This document shows positions 1 to 8,657 of a stretch of 64,000 bases of DNA, piece after piece. Within the stretch, counting starts at the first letter, position 1; every line of letters starts with the position of its first letter. This DNA comes from Candidatus Hydrogenedentota bacterium (GTDB lineage Bacteria > Hydrogenedentota > Hydrogenedentia > Hydrogenedentales > SLHB01), in NCBI GenBank assembly GCA_963745075.1, contig CAVUWV010000024.1, forward strand, positions 256,001-320,000, written 5' to 3'. The translations under genes were made by a program, and so were the position numbers. Below the pieces are notes generated by a model. It was not told the origin of the DNA, ran no database searches, and saw nothing but the letters and a program-made list of their open reading frames with translations.

Positions 1-3
1 GAT

Positions 4-1650
4 GTGTCTACGCCGCGCTTTCTAGTCGTCGAAGACGAGCAGGCGCAGCGGAATCTCCTGCGGGAAGTTCTTCGCCGGGAAGGGTATGAGTGCGATTGTG
101 CCTCCACCTGTGCCGAGGCGCGGGACCTGTTCTCGGAGGGGAGGTTTGTCTGCGCGCTCATCGACCTGGGGCTTCCCGACGGCAACGGGCTCACACTGCT
201 CACGGATTTCTCGAGCGAGGATCCTTGCACGGTTCTGGTTATCCTTACCGGGGAAACGTCGGCCGAGACGATCATCAATACCATGCGTGGCGGCGCATTC
301 GATTATCTCCGCAAACCAGTGGATCTGGTTACGCTGCGGGCGGCGGTTAGCCGCGCGCTGGCGCATCATTCGATTGCCATGGAGCGGGCCGAATTATTCC
401 GCCTGCTTCTGGAAGAGCGCGAACAGTTGCGGGCCCGTGTCGAAGCGGCCACGGCGGACATCCGGCAGTATGCCGGGGCGTGCGAAGTGAGCAATTCGCG
501 GCTGCGCGCACTCTTGCGGCTCGCGCAAATGTCTAACGAGTACTATACGGACGAGCACCTGTTCCGGCAGGTATTCGCCGAACTCGCCGGTCACTTGCCG
601 TTGCGCGGCCTGGCGCTCTGCAACGCCGTGCGCAGAAAGATCCTCTTCGCCATTCAGGCGGAGGGCGCGATCGAAGTCGACTTCTACGGTTCCGAGTCCG
701 TTTCGCTCGGTGGATACGATACGTTGCTGGCGGAGGCGGAACCGGGACTGCTGATTAATGAAGTGATAAAACGCTTCGGCGGACTGGACCTCGACGAACT
801 GGAAACGTTGGTCTATCCGCAAATGTCGCGTTCCCGGACGACGAGCACGGTTGCATTCTTGTTGGCAGGGGGATCTGAACCGGATTCCTCCGATTCGGAG
901 TTTCTCGATACCTGCGCGTACTTCCTCGCCTTCGAGTGGGAACGGGGGCAACTGTTGTATCACGTAGCGCATCACGCGAGTTTGGGCAATATCGCGGTCG
1001 AGTTGGCGCGGAATTTCATTCAACCGCTCACGGCAATTCAGACTGCCGTGGAATTCGTTTCCGAAACCGTCGAAAGCGAGGACGAACACCACGGCCTCGA
1101 TATCATCGCCCAGAATGCCGACCGGCTCCGGCGTCAGACCCAGGAGTTCCGGAAACTCTCGACGTTGCGAGAAAACGCCATCGAGACCGTGACGTTGGCC
1201 GATTACGTCGAACAGGCGGTCGATATGCTGAATGTAGCCATTCAGAACCGCGGGGTAACCATCGAACGGCAGTTTCAATCGGAATGCGAATGCATACTCT
1301 TGAACGGTACGATGCTTGCCCGGACCATCCTTGACGTGGTCTTGTCGAGCTTGCGGTCCGTCAAAATGGGCGGAAGAATTGTGTTGCGGCTGTATGAATC
1401 CGACGATCAGCATGTTGCGTTCGAGATCAATTACGAGGCGGTCAGCCGGGAGATTGCGGTATCCCAGAGAGAGTCCGATCCCTTGGGGAGGACCACGGTA
1501 AACCCGGTATTGCAACTCGCGGAACGCACCGTTCACGCTTGCGGCGGCAGCCTATCCATGGAAGTGCTGGACGACCGCAACACCACGATACGCTTTCAAC
1601 TTCCCCGCAATGCGACCAATCCGGCGCGACGGTGGGAGAACGTATTATGA
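4..1650 (+). CDS. Response regulator receiver fused to GAF-like region and degenerate histidine-kinase-like domain (pseudokinase)
   Basis: Intact REC (LVVEDE, LIDLGLPD, ILTG, LRKP); C-terminal HisKA/HATPase-like layout, but the H-box reads ELARNFIQPL and the N/G boxes are lost. Confidence 0.8.
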   Translation: MSTPRFLVVEDEQAQRNLLREVLRREGYECDCASTCAEARDLFSEGRFVCALIDLGLPDGNGLTLLTDFSSEDPCTVLVILTGETSAETIINTMRGGAFDYLRKPVDLVTLRAAVSRALAHHSIAMERAELFRLLLEEREQLRARVEAATADIRQYAGACEVSNSRLRALLRLAQMSNEYYTDEHLFRQVFAELAGHLPLRGLALCNAVRRKILFAIQAEGAIEVDFYGSESVSLGGYDTLLAEAEPGLLINEVIKRFGGLDLDELETLVYPQMSRSRTTSTVAFLLAGGSEPDSSDSEFLDTCAYFLAFEWERGQLLYHVAHHASLGNIAVELARNFIQPLTAIQTAVEFVSETVESEDEHHGLDIIAQNADRLRRQTQEFRKLSTLRENAIETVTLADYVEQAVDMLNVAIQNRGVTIERQFQSECECILLNGTMLARTILDVVLSSLRSVKMGGRIVLRLYESDDQHVAFEINYEAVSREIAVSQRESDPLGRTTVNPVLQLAERTVHACGGSLSMEVLDDRNTTIRFQLPRNATNPARRWENVL

Positions 1651-3059
1651 CCGTTAAGATGGACAACGCGTCACCGAAAGAGCTGCCGGCCGGCCAGCGT
1701 CTGGTGGTTGTGTTGGACACCGATCCGGGTGTCCGCTGGACCCTCGAGAAGGGACTCGCCCGGTCGGGTTTCGAGGTCCGGGCGGCGGCTACGGTTGGGG
1801 ACGTCCTGAGCGTCATCAGCGATTTCGATGTGGCCGGTGTGATTATGGAACTACTCCCGGAGGCCGGGCTTACCGAAGATGTATTGTCCATGATCGTGGA
1901 CGCACCCAGCGCGCCACGGGTAATCTGCGTCGCGGTAGATTCGCCTCCGAATCTCGTGATCGATTGCATGCGCCGCGGAGCCGCGGATTTCTTGCCGAAG
2001 CCATTCAGTCTGGCTGAGGTGCGAAGTGCCCTTAACCGCGCCCTCGATACCATGTCCAGTAGCAACCCGTTCCATCGTCCGCCATCCGCGCAACGGAGTT
2101 CGGCCGACGACTCGCTGCTGATTGGAATCAGCCCGGCGATGCAAGAATTGCGCACGGTGATTAAGCAAATCGCCCAAACCGATCTGAATTGCCTGCTCCG
2201 CGGCGAGAGCGGCACGGGCAAAGACATGGTCGCTCGAGAGATTCATCGCCTTTCCCGAAGATCCGATCGGCCGTTCGTTAAGGTGAATTGTACCGCGCTG
2301 CCCGAGCAATTGCTGGAAAGTGAGCTGTTCGGATACGAGAAAGGCGCGTTTACCGGCGCCGTGTCCGCAAAGCCCGGCCGATTCGAACTGGCCCACCGCG
2401 GGATTATCTTCCTCGACGAGATCGGCGACATGCACCCGAACCTGCAAGCGAAACTGTTGCAGGTGATCGAGCACAAGGAGTTTACCAAGCTCGGCGGCCG
2501 CCGTCAGATCAAGGTGGACGTCCAGATTATCGCCGCGACCAACGCGGATCTCGAGGCGAAAACCAAAGATGGCTCCTTTCGAGGCGACTTGTATTTCCGT
2601 TTGAACGAAGTCTGTATCTGGGTGCCTCCTCTTTCCGCACGAAAAGAGGACGTGCCACTGCTCGTCCGCCACTTCATTCAGAAGCACGGCCGGTTCTCGG
2701 CAGATTCCGACACCCGAATCAGTGTCGAGGATTTGTCGGCCCTGACAAATCACGCATGGCCGGGCAACGTCCGAGAGTTGGAGAGCACGATCAAACGCTG
2801 GCTTGCCCTCGGCAAACAGTCCTTGACTTCGGCCCTCAATCGCAGCGGCTCCGCAACTCCGGGAAAGGCGCCGGTTACCGAACCCACCGACACCCGTTCG
2901 AACGCTGACGGCAAGGATGACCGTCCCGAGATGGTTCGGATTCTCGAGGCCCTCGAACGGTTTCAATGGAACCGGCGCAAGACGGCAGATCACTTGGGCA
3001 TGAGCTACCAGACGTTGCGCAGGCGTATCGATCAGTACGGATTGAACCAAGGCGCTTGA
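1647..3059 (+). CDS. Sigma-54-dependent enhancer-binding protein (NtrC/PrsR-like) with atypical receiver domain
   Basis: GESGTGKD Walker A, ESELFGYEKGAFTGA, IIFLDE Walker B, WPGNVREL, C-terminal Fis-type HTH; ATG overlaps the upstream TGA (ATGA). Confidence 0.93.
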   Translation: MTVKMDNASPKELPAGQRLVVVLDTDPGVRWTLEKGLARSGFEVRAAATVGDVLSVISDFDVAGVIMELLPEAGLTEDVLSMIVDAPSAPRVICVAVDSPPNLVIDCMRRGAADFLPKPFSLAEVRSALNRALDTMSSSNPFHRPPSAQRSSADDSLLIGISPAMQELRTVIKQIAQTDLNCLLRGESGTGKDMVAREIHRLSRRSDRPFVKVNCTALPEQLLESELFGYEKGAFTGAVSAKPGRFELAHRGIIFLDEIGDMHPNLQAKLLQVIEHKEFTKLGGRRQIKVDVQIIAATNADLEAKTKDGSFRGDLYFRLNEVCIWVPPLSARKEDVPLLVRHFIQKHGRFSADSDTRISVEDLSALTNHAWPGNVRELESTIKRWLALGKQSLTSALNRSGSATPGKAPVTEPTDTRSNADGKDDRPEMVRILEALERFQWNRRKTADHLGMSYQTLRRRIDQYGLNQGA

Positions 3060-3105
3060 TTCTCCGCGCACCCCCCGCCTCGTTACCATATCGGCGTAAT
3101 AAGTT

Positions 3106-3144
3106 TGTCTTATGTGACATCATATTGTTCACATCTGACTAACA
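3106..3144 (+). promoter_or_regulatory. Candidate enhancer (bEBP binding) sites
   Basis: Dyads TGTC-N6-GACA (3106-3119) and TGTT-N11-AACA (3126-3144), about 100-135 bp upstream of a sigma-54 promoter. Confidence 0.45.
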
Positions 3145-3196
3145 TGCGTAACTGTATTCGGGCTCGGACCGGTGTATTCTATTAAGCCTTTTTCTG

Positions 3197-3209
3197 TAAG
3201 GCATTGGTT
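3197..3209 (-). promoter_or_regulatory. Candidate IHF site
   Basis: Minus strand AACCAATGCCTTA, one mismatch to WATCAANNNNTTR, lying between the dyads and the promoter. Confidence 0.45.
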
Positions 3210-3239
3210 TGCAGTGTTTTGAAGAATTTTTGGCGGCGT

Positions 3240-3254
3240 TGGCACGGAACCTGC
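3240..3254 (+). promoter_or_regulatory. Sigma-54 (-24/-12) promoter of the PEP-CTERM gene
   Basis: TGGCACGGAACCTGC with correct GG-N10-GC spacing. Confidence 0.75.
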
Positions 3255-3414
3255 GGTTAAGATGGCGACGTGCGAGTCAGTCAAAGCCTTATCTGGTGGG
3301 GTTTTGACAAGGTGGTGGGTACGCACCACTAGCAGTTTGAACGTGAATGGAAACGAAGTTTACGTGCGTGTGGCTAGGCTGCGGACAATCAGGATAATAA
3401 GGAGAATGCGAGCG

Positions 3415-4185
3415 ATGAAACTGAGGAGAGCGTTGATTGCGTTGGCGCTGGTGGCGTTTATGTCACAGTCCGCCTTTGCGGCGCTGATGGTACCGGGGGA
3501 TTCCATTCCGCCCGGCGAGAAGCATCTGTACGAAATCTTTAATGAACTGTATGGGACTGCCTACACGAGCAACAATGATGCGGCCTTCTTGGCCAACCAA
3601 GTCGTTGATTTCCAGACGCTGACGTTGGATCCCGATTTCTGCTCGATTACGTTTGAAGCGGTCTATCGTCAGTCTTACCTGGAAGACGATATCTACCTGT
3701 ACTCCGATGTCGATGAAATCGGCGATCCGGCTCCGCTGACGCACATTCTTGGACCGGTCGACAACAGCGGCGTGAATGGCGGACAGGGTAATCTGACGGG
3801 CACCATCCCGGCGGTTAATGTTGACGTGACGGGGCTGACCGAACTCGGCTTCCTCGATCACGCCAAGGATCCGAACTCGGCGTTTGCCTTCGACTGGTAT
3901 TCTCAGACGAGCCTGAACGATGGGCAGTTCTCCACCGGTAACGACGAAACCCACGTGCTGCTGTGGAACGTCCCCGGCATGAGTAACACCTACTTATTGA
4001 CGTGGGAAGACCTCCCCTACACGTACTTCTCCGGCAACGAAGATATCGGTGACCAGGACTACAACGACATCGTGATTCAGATGACGCTGAATCCGTGCGT
4101 AGTCCCCGAACCTTCCTCCATGGCGCTGCTTGGCCTCGGCCTTGCCGGACTCGCCGTGCGGAAGTTTCGCAAGCGTAAGGCCTAG
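3415..4185 (+). CDS. PEP-CTERM sorting domain protein with DUF4114-like motif
   Basis: AAGGAG RBS, signal peptide, WEDL...GDQDYNDIV motif, C-terminal VPEPSSMALLGLGLAGLAVRKFRKRKA. Confidence 0.93.
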   Translation: MKLRRALIALALVAFMSQSAFAALMVPGDSIPPGEKHLYEIFNELYGTAYTSNNDAAFLANQVVDFQTLTLDPDFCSITFEAVYRQSYLEDDIYLYSDVDEIGDPAPLTHILGPVDNSGVNGGQGNLTGTIPAVNVDVTGLTELGFLDHAKDPNSAFAFDWYSQTSLNDGQFSTGNDETHVLLWNVPGMSNTYLLTWEDLPYTYFSGNEDIGDQDYNDIVIQMTLNPCVVPEPSSMALLGLGLAGLAVRKFRKRKA

Positions 4186-4226
4186 CCCCTCGCAAGAGGG
4201 TCCTATGTAGACCGACTCGTTCAACG

Positions 4227-4269
4227 GAGCGGCGGCAGGTTTCGAAAGAAGCCTGCCGCCGCTCTTTTT
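4227..4269 (+). terminator. Rho-independent terminator
   Basis: GAGCGGCGGCAGGTTTC-gaaa-GAAGCCTGCCGCCGCTC stem followed by T5. Confidence 0.9.
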
Positions 4270-4316
4270 GTGTGAACGTCTTCGGGTGGACGTCCCGGTG
4301 AACGATTGAGGATTGG

Positions 4317-5438
4317 CTAGTTGGTGTCGCCCAATCGTGCCTCGATGAACGGAGGTATGGGAGATTGATTGAAGAAGTGATTCGCAAGCGCGATCAAGAC
4401 CGTCCAGTCTTCCGGGGTTGTGTCGTGGCCACCCGGGCGAAAGTAGGCAAGATTGTTCTCCGGCGCGTGAAGCAAATCGAACACGGGTTGTGCCGCGGCG
4501 CGCATCGCCCGGGTGCCCTTCGGGTTCGCCCACTCGTCTTCCAACCCGTCGATGCTGGCGACGGCCCGGGGCGCCACTAACGCTCGGAGGAAATGCTGGT
4601 CGAAGGGCAATTCCGTTTCACGGCCCGCGAAGGACGCCAACCGGGGGCAGAACCAGTAGTGGAACCGTTCCGGTTCGGTAATCAACTCTAAGGTCTCGAC
4701 ACCATCTTCAACGATGAGAAATGAACCCGCGCCGCCAGCGCCGGACCCGTGGGGAACGGTGAGGGCAATGCGTGGGTCCAACGCGCCCGCCAGCAGGGCT
4801 ACTTTCCCGGCGCGAGAATGGCCGGTCAAGGCGATTCGATTTATGTCGACGGTATCGACGTGCTCCAGATAGTCGACGACACGCATTACGCCCCACGCCC
4901 AGACCGCCAACGATGCCCAATCGTATTGCGGGTAGAGCGGATGGAGTCCATCGGAGCGATCGGCGTCGTCCCGGTCGAGATCGTGGCGTTGGTATCCCGC
5001 GAAGATATATCCCGCTTCGACAACCGTCTTTGCGACGGGTCGCAAATGCTCCTCCCAGACCGGCTCGACGGCAAGCACCACAGGATAGGGACCCGTGCCG
5101 CCGGCCGGCACGTACAATCCAACGTGAAGCGGCACCTCGTGGTTTGGTCCCAAGTGGAGTGTGATCCGATGCAGGTCTGCCCCGACCTCGTCGATGCGTT
5201 CGATCGATTCCTCTTTGGCAGGGATCTTTTCCGGTGGCGGCGGCAAGTGACCGTATTCGATCGTGAGGATCATATCGGTAATTTCTTTGCGGCGCTGCTG
5301 CCACTGTTCGGCGGTGGTTACCGGCGTTCCGTCGCTCATCACCAGCGGATTGGGAAGGGCCGCAATTGGCGCTGCGTTCACAGCGGCGGCGGACGACATC
5401 GAGCATCCTGCGAGTAGAATTGCGAAAACCGTCGGCAT
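4317..5438 (-). CDS. CE15 glucuronoyl-esterase-like alpha/beta hydrolase, secreted
   Basis: GHSRAGK nucleophile motif, WAWG, LPFDQH, ALVAPR; N-terminal signal. Confidence 0.85.
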   Translation of the reverse strand: MPTVFAILLAGCSMSSAAAVNAAPIAALPNPLVMSDGTPVTTAEQWQQRRKEITDMILTIEYGHLPPPPEKIPAKEESIERIDEVGADLHRITLHLGPNHEVPLHVGLYVPAGGTGPYPVVLAVEPVWEEHLRPVAKTVVEAGYIFAGYQRHDLDRDDADRSDGLHPLYPQYDWASLAVWAWGVMRVVDYLEHVDTVDINRIALTGHSRAGKVALLAGALDPRIALTVPHGSGAGGAGSFLIVEDGVETLELITEPERFHYWFCPRLASFAGRETELPFDQHFLRALVAPRAVASIDGLEDEWANPKGTRAMRAAAQPVFDLLHAPENNLAYFRPGGHDTTPEDWTVLIALANHFFNQSPIPPFIEARLGDTN

Positions 5439-5567
5439 GGCAATCTCCTGAATTGTGTTGAGTCAGTCTCCGGCACACTTTACCATGGGAGCCTGCCGCC
5501 AGGGGGAGCGGGTACTTTCCGTTCGGCAGACCGTGTATTGAGACGAATCCGGGAGATGGGTCCGGTC

Positions 5568-8500
5568 ATGAACATGAGAATCTTGCAGCGGGTTGGCTTG
5601 TTGTTCGCGCTCGCGGTGTGTTCGCGGGGAATCGCGATGGAGATCGCCTGGACGCGGACGACGGGCCAGTATCCCGTGGAATGCACCCCGGTGGTTGCTC
5701 GCATAGGCGATGGGGACGTGGTGCTCGCGTTGAATCGCGGCGGCCAGATCATGGCCTGGAACACGGACGGTTCGGACTGGGGTGACGGGCAAGACGGAAC
5801 GGTTGCGCAATTGCCGGAGGGCTTCTGGTCGGCGACGCCGCTTGTGCGAAACCCCGCTGACACGCCATTCGTCGTGGCGTGCAGCGGTGAAGGGCTTGTC
5901 ATTGCCCTCGATGCGTCCTTCCGGTCGCTTTGGCAAGTTCAATTGCCAGGCAAAACCGTCTATGGCGAGGCGATTCCCGTTGCGTTCCCCTCCGCGAAAG
6001 ACGGAGATCCCGGATTCTGCATCAGCGACAAATCCGGAACGGTGACTTGCCTGAACGTGGACGGCTCGATTCGGTGGCAGAAAGACCTTGGCCATGGATC
6101 GTGCCGTACGCCATTGCGATTAGCCAAGGGGGAAACTCCTGCGCTCTTGGTGGCGGCAGGGAACACACTGTCATTGCTTGTCGAGGACGGGGCCGAGATT
6201 TGGGCACGGGACCTGGGCGTTGAGATCACGGCCGGTCCGGTCAATCACGGGGCGGCGGAAAGCGCGTTCTACATTTGCGGCGGCGGGGGCTTGTTGATTG
6301 CGGTGGACCGGAATGGCGAAGTCTTGTGGCGAACTCCGGCCGGTGAGGAGATGGACACTACCATCGCCACGGCAAGCCCTCCGGCGGGCGGGCCGATCAT
6401 TGTCAGTAAGGGACTATGGGGAAACCTGTACGCATTTACCGACAAGGGGGAGCGGCTCTGGACTCACGAGTTTCGGGCAAAGAGCCGCAGTGCGTCGACC
6501 TTTGTAAACGTGGGTGGTTCCGTTTCCAACGCAATCTTGAGCACGAGTTACGACCAACAAGCACGGCTGTTCAATGACCAGGGCGAGCTGTTGGACACGT
6601 GCCGACTCGCTGGCGCGGTTAATGGTTCACCGGTCGGTTTCATAGACATCGAATCGGGAGAACCGCGGTGTCTTGTCGTTACGGCGTCGTTGCTTGCCCA
6701 TTGTTTGAAGTTGGGGCCCATGACGTCGCCGTACGCGATCGATGGAGACGAAGGAGAGGTCAAGCTTACGTGGCGTGCGACCACTACCGACGACCCCCAG
6801 CATTCCCTAATCGTCGACAACCCGGGGGGCCGCCTTCTGCGCGTCAATTTGTCCGTTCCGGTGAAAGTGGGCGGTCCGAGAGTGTATGGCACGGTTACGA
6901 CCCAGTCCGCTTTCGAGATTCCGTTCGATACAACCGACTATCCGGCTCCCGAACCCATTCGCGCCATCGTCCACGACGCGGAAGGTCACGACGTGTGCAA
7001 ATCGGCCTGGTCGACGCCGGGCGGGGACGGTTCCGTACGGTACGATCCTGGGGGTGACCAATTGATCGCGTGGGCTGTCCCTGCGTACGGCCACTTCAAC
7101 CCGGGTGTCCTTGCGCCGCAACTTTCACCGAATGGCGATTTGCGGCGGGATGCCGTCGAAGTTTCCAATCTTTACGTCAACGAGATCGATGAAGCGGCCT
7201 TGATACTCGTATCGACGTTTGCCAAACCCGTCCGCGTGCGCATCAACGCGCATGATTTGAAGGACGGGCAAGATTCGGCCTTCGGTGGAGCGGTAAATCT
7301 GTTTGAGGTCGTGTTTACCGGCGCGTCGAATGGGGAAGATGTGGCGGACGCATTGAACTCCCTGGGCGACAGCGGGCTTCATACGCTTCTCCCCGGGCGT
7401 GCAACCAAGATTTGGGTGCAGGTCGACGCGCACGGCGCAACGCCGGGCAGCTATGCGGGAACGATTACGGTTCAGCCGATCCTGGAGGAATCGCCCGCGG
7501 TCGAGTTGGGGCTGTCCGTGTCGGTGCCCAACCTGACGCTCGAAGCGCCGTTGCCATTGACGCTGTGCACATGGGACTACGTCCCGAACCAGTGGTTTCC
7601 GAATCGCACCCCCGAAGTGTTGGACGACATGAACCGCCACGGCGTAACCGTGTTTCCGCGCAGTATCGGAATACCGAAGGCTACGGTCGATGCGTCGGGA
7701 ACCTTGCAGTGCGATTGGAGCGCCATGGATGCGCCGTTGGCCGAATTGAAAGGCCGGGGCGAAGTCCTGTTCCAGATGACCGCGCCGCCGATTGCGTTTG
7801 AGAACGCGCCGGACGCGAATGCGGAACTGCAAATTCAGATCACGTACCTTCAGCAGTGGCGCGATCACCTGCGCGAACTGGGATGGGGGTATGAGGATTT
7901 CGCGCTGTATCCCATCGACGAACCGGGACTCGCAAACGGCAAACGCATCCAGACGTTCTTGGACGCCGCGAATTTGTTCCGGGCCGCCGATCCGCGGTTG
8001 CGCATCTACACGGACCCGGTTCCGGGGTTGTCCATGGCCGATTTCGATCGGATTTCGCCCTACGTCGACGTGTGGTGTCCCAACATGCGGCTGGTTTCCG
8101 GTCTGTTGGCGCAGGACCCGCGCATCCAACGGATTAAGGATTCGGGCAAAGTCGTCTGGTCCTATGAATGTGTCGCGCAAGTGCGTTCGCTTTCGCCGTT
8201 GCGCTACAACCGCGCGAATGCGTGGCGGGGACACGCTTTCGGGCTGCAAGGCATCGGGTTCTGGACCCATTGCACCACGCAGACCGACCCGTGGCTGCGC
8301 GCCAAAGATTTTAATGAGTACGAACTCGTCTATCCGGGTGCGCTTCCTGTACCGAGCGTGCGGTGGGAAGCGGTCCGCGATGGGTTGGAGGACGTCGCTG
8401 CAATCGCGATGCTGGAACGCGCGATTGCATCCGCGAAAGACGTCGGCGTAAAGGCGGACGTCGTTGCGGCGGCGGAGAAGGAACTTCGTATAGCACAAAA

Positions 8501-8654
8501 CGACATCATGGAACTCTCCGACGATGCCTTCAAGGAAAGCCGCGACTACCTCAAGCAAGGTGACCGGCGGATCTGGCACACGCCGACGGATGTTGAGACC
8601 TACGCCCGACACCGGAAACGCATCGCGGAACTGACGCTCGCGCTACAGGATTGA
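5568..8654 (+). CDS. Secreted PQQ-like beta-propeller fused to GH123/DUF4091-like catalytic domain
   Basis: N-terminal G-x-x-x-W propeller repeats; YPIDEP; C-terminal LVYPG..PVPSVRWEAVRDGLED. Confidence 0.7.
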   Translation: MNMRILQRVGLLFALAVCSRGIAMEIAWTRTTGQYPVECTPVVARIGDGDVVLALNRGGQIMAWNTDGSDWGDGQDGTVAQLPEGFWSATPLVRNPADTPFVVACSGEGLVIALDASFRSLWQVQLPGKTVYGEAIPVAFPSAKDGDPGFCISDKSGTVTCLNVDGSIRWQKDLGHGSCRTPLRLAKGETPALLVAAGNTLSLLVEDGAEIWARDLGVEITAGPVNHGAAESAFYICGGGGLLIAVDRNGEVLWRTPAGEEMDTTIATASPPAGGPIIVSKGLWGNLYAFTDKGERLWTHEFRAKSRSASTFVNVGGSVSNAILSTSYDQQARLFNDQGELLDTCRLAGAVNGSPVGFIDIESGEPRCLVVTASLLAHCLKLGPMTSPYAIDGDEGEVKLTWRATTTDDPQHSLIVDNPGGRLLRVNLSVPVKVGGPRVYGTVTTQSAFEIPFDTTDYPAPEPIRAIVHDAEGHDVCKSAWSTPGGDGSVRYDPGGDQLIAWAVPAYGHFNPGVLAPQLSPNGDLRRDAVEVSNLYVNEIDEAALILVSTFAKPVRVRINAHDLKDGQDSAFGGAVNLFEVVFTGASNGEDVADALNSLGDSGLHTLLPGRATKIWVQVDAHGATPGSYAGTITVQPILEESPAVELGLSVSVPNLTLEAPLPLTLCTWDYVPNQWFPNRTPEVLDDMNRHGVTVFPRSIGIPKATVDASGTLQCDWSAMDAPLAELKGRGEVLFQMTAPPIAFENAPDANAELQIQITYLQQWRDHLRELGWGYEDFALYPIDEPGLANGKRIQTFLDAANLFRAADPRLRIYTDPVPGLSMADFDRISPYVDVWCPNMRLVSGLLAQDPRIQRIKDSGKVVWSYECVAQVRSLSPLRYNRANAWRGHAFGLQGIGFWTHCTTQTDPWLRAKDFNEYELVYPGALPVPSVRWEAVRDGLEDVAAIAMLERAIASAKDVGVKADVVAAAEKELRIAQNDIMELSDDAFKESRDYLKQGDRRIWHTPTDVETYARHRKRIAELTLALQD

Positions 8655-8657
8655 TAG

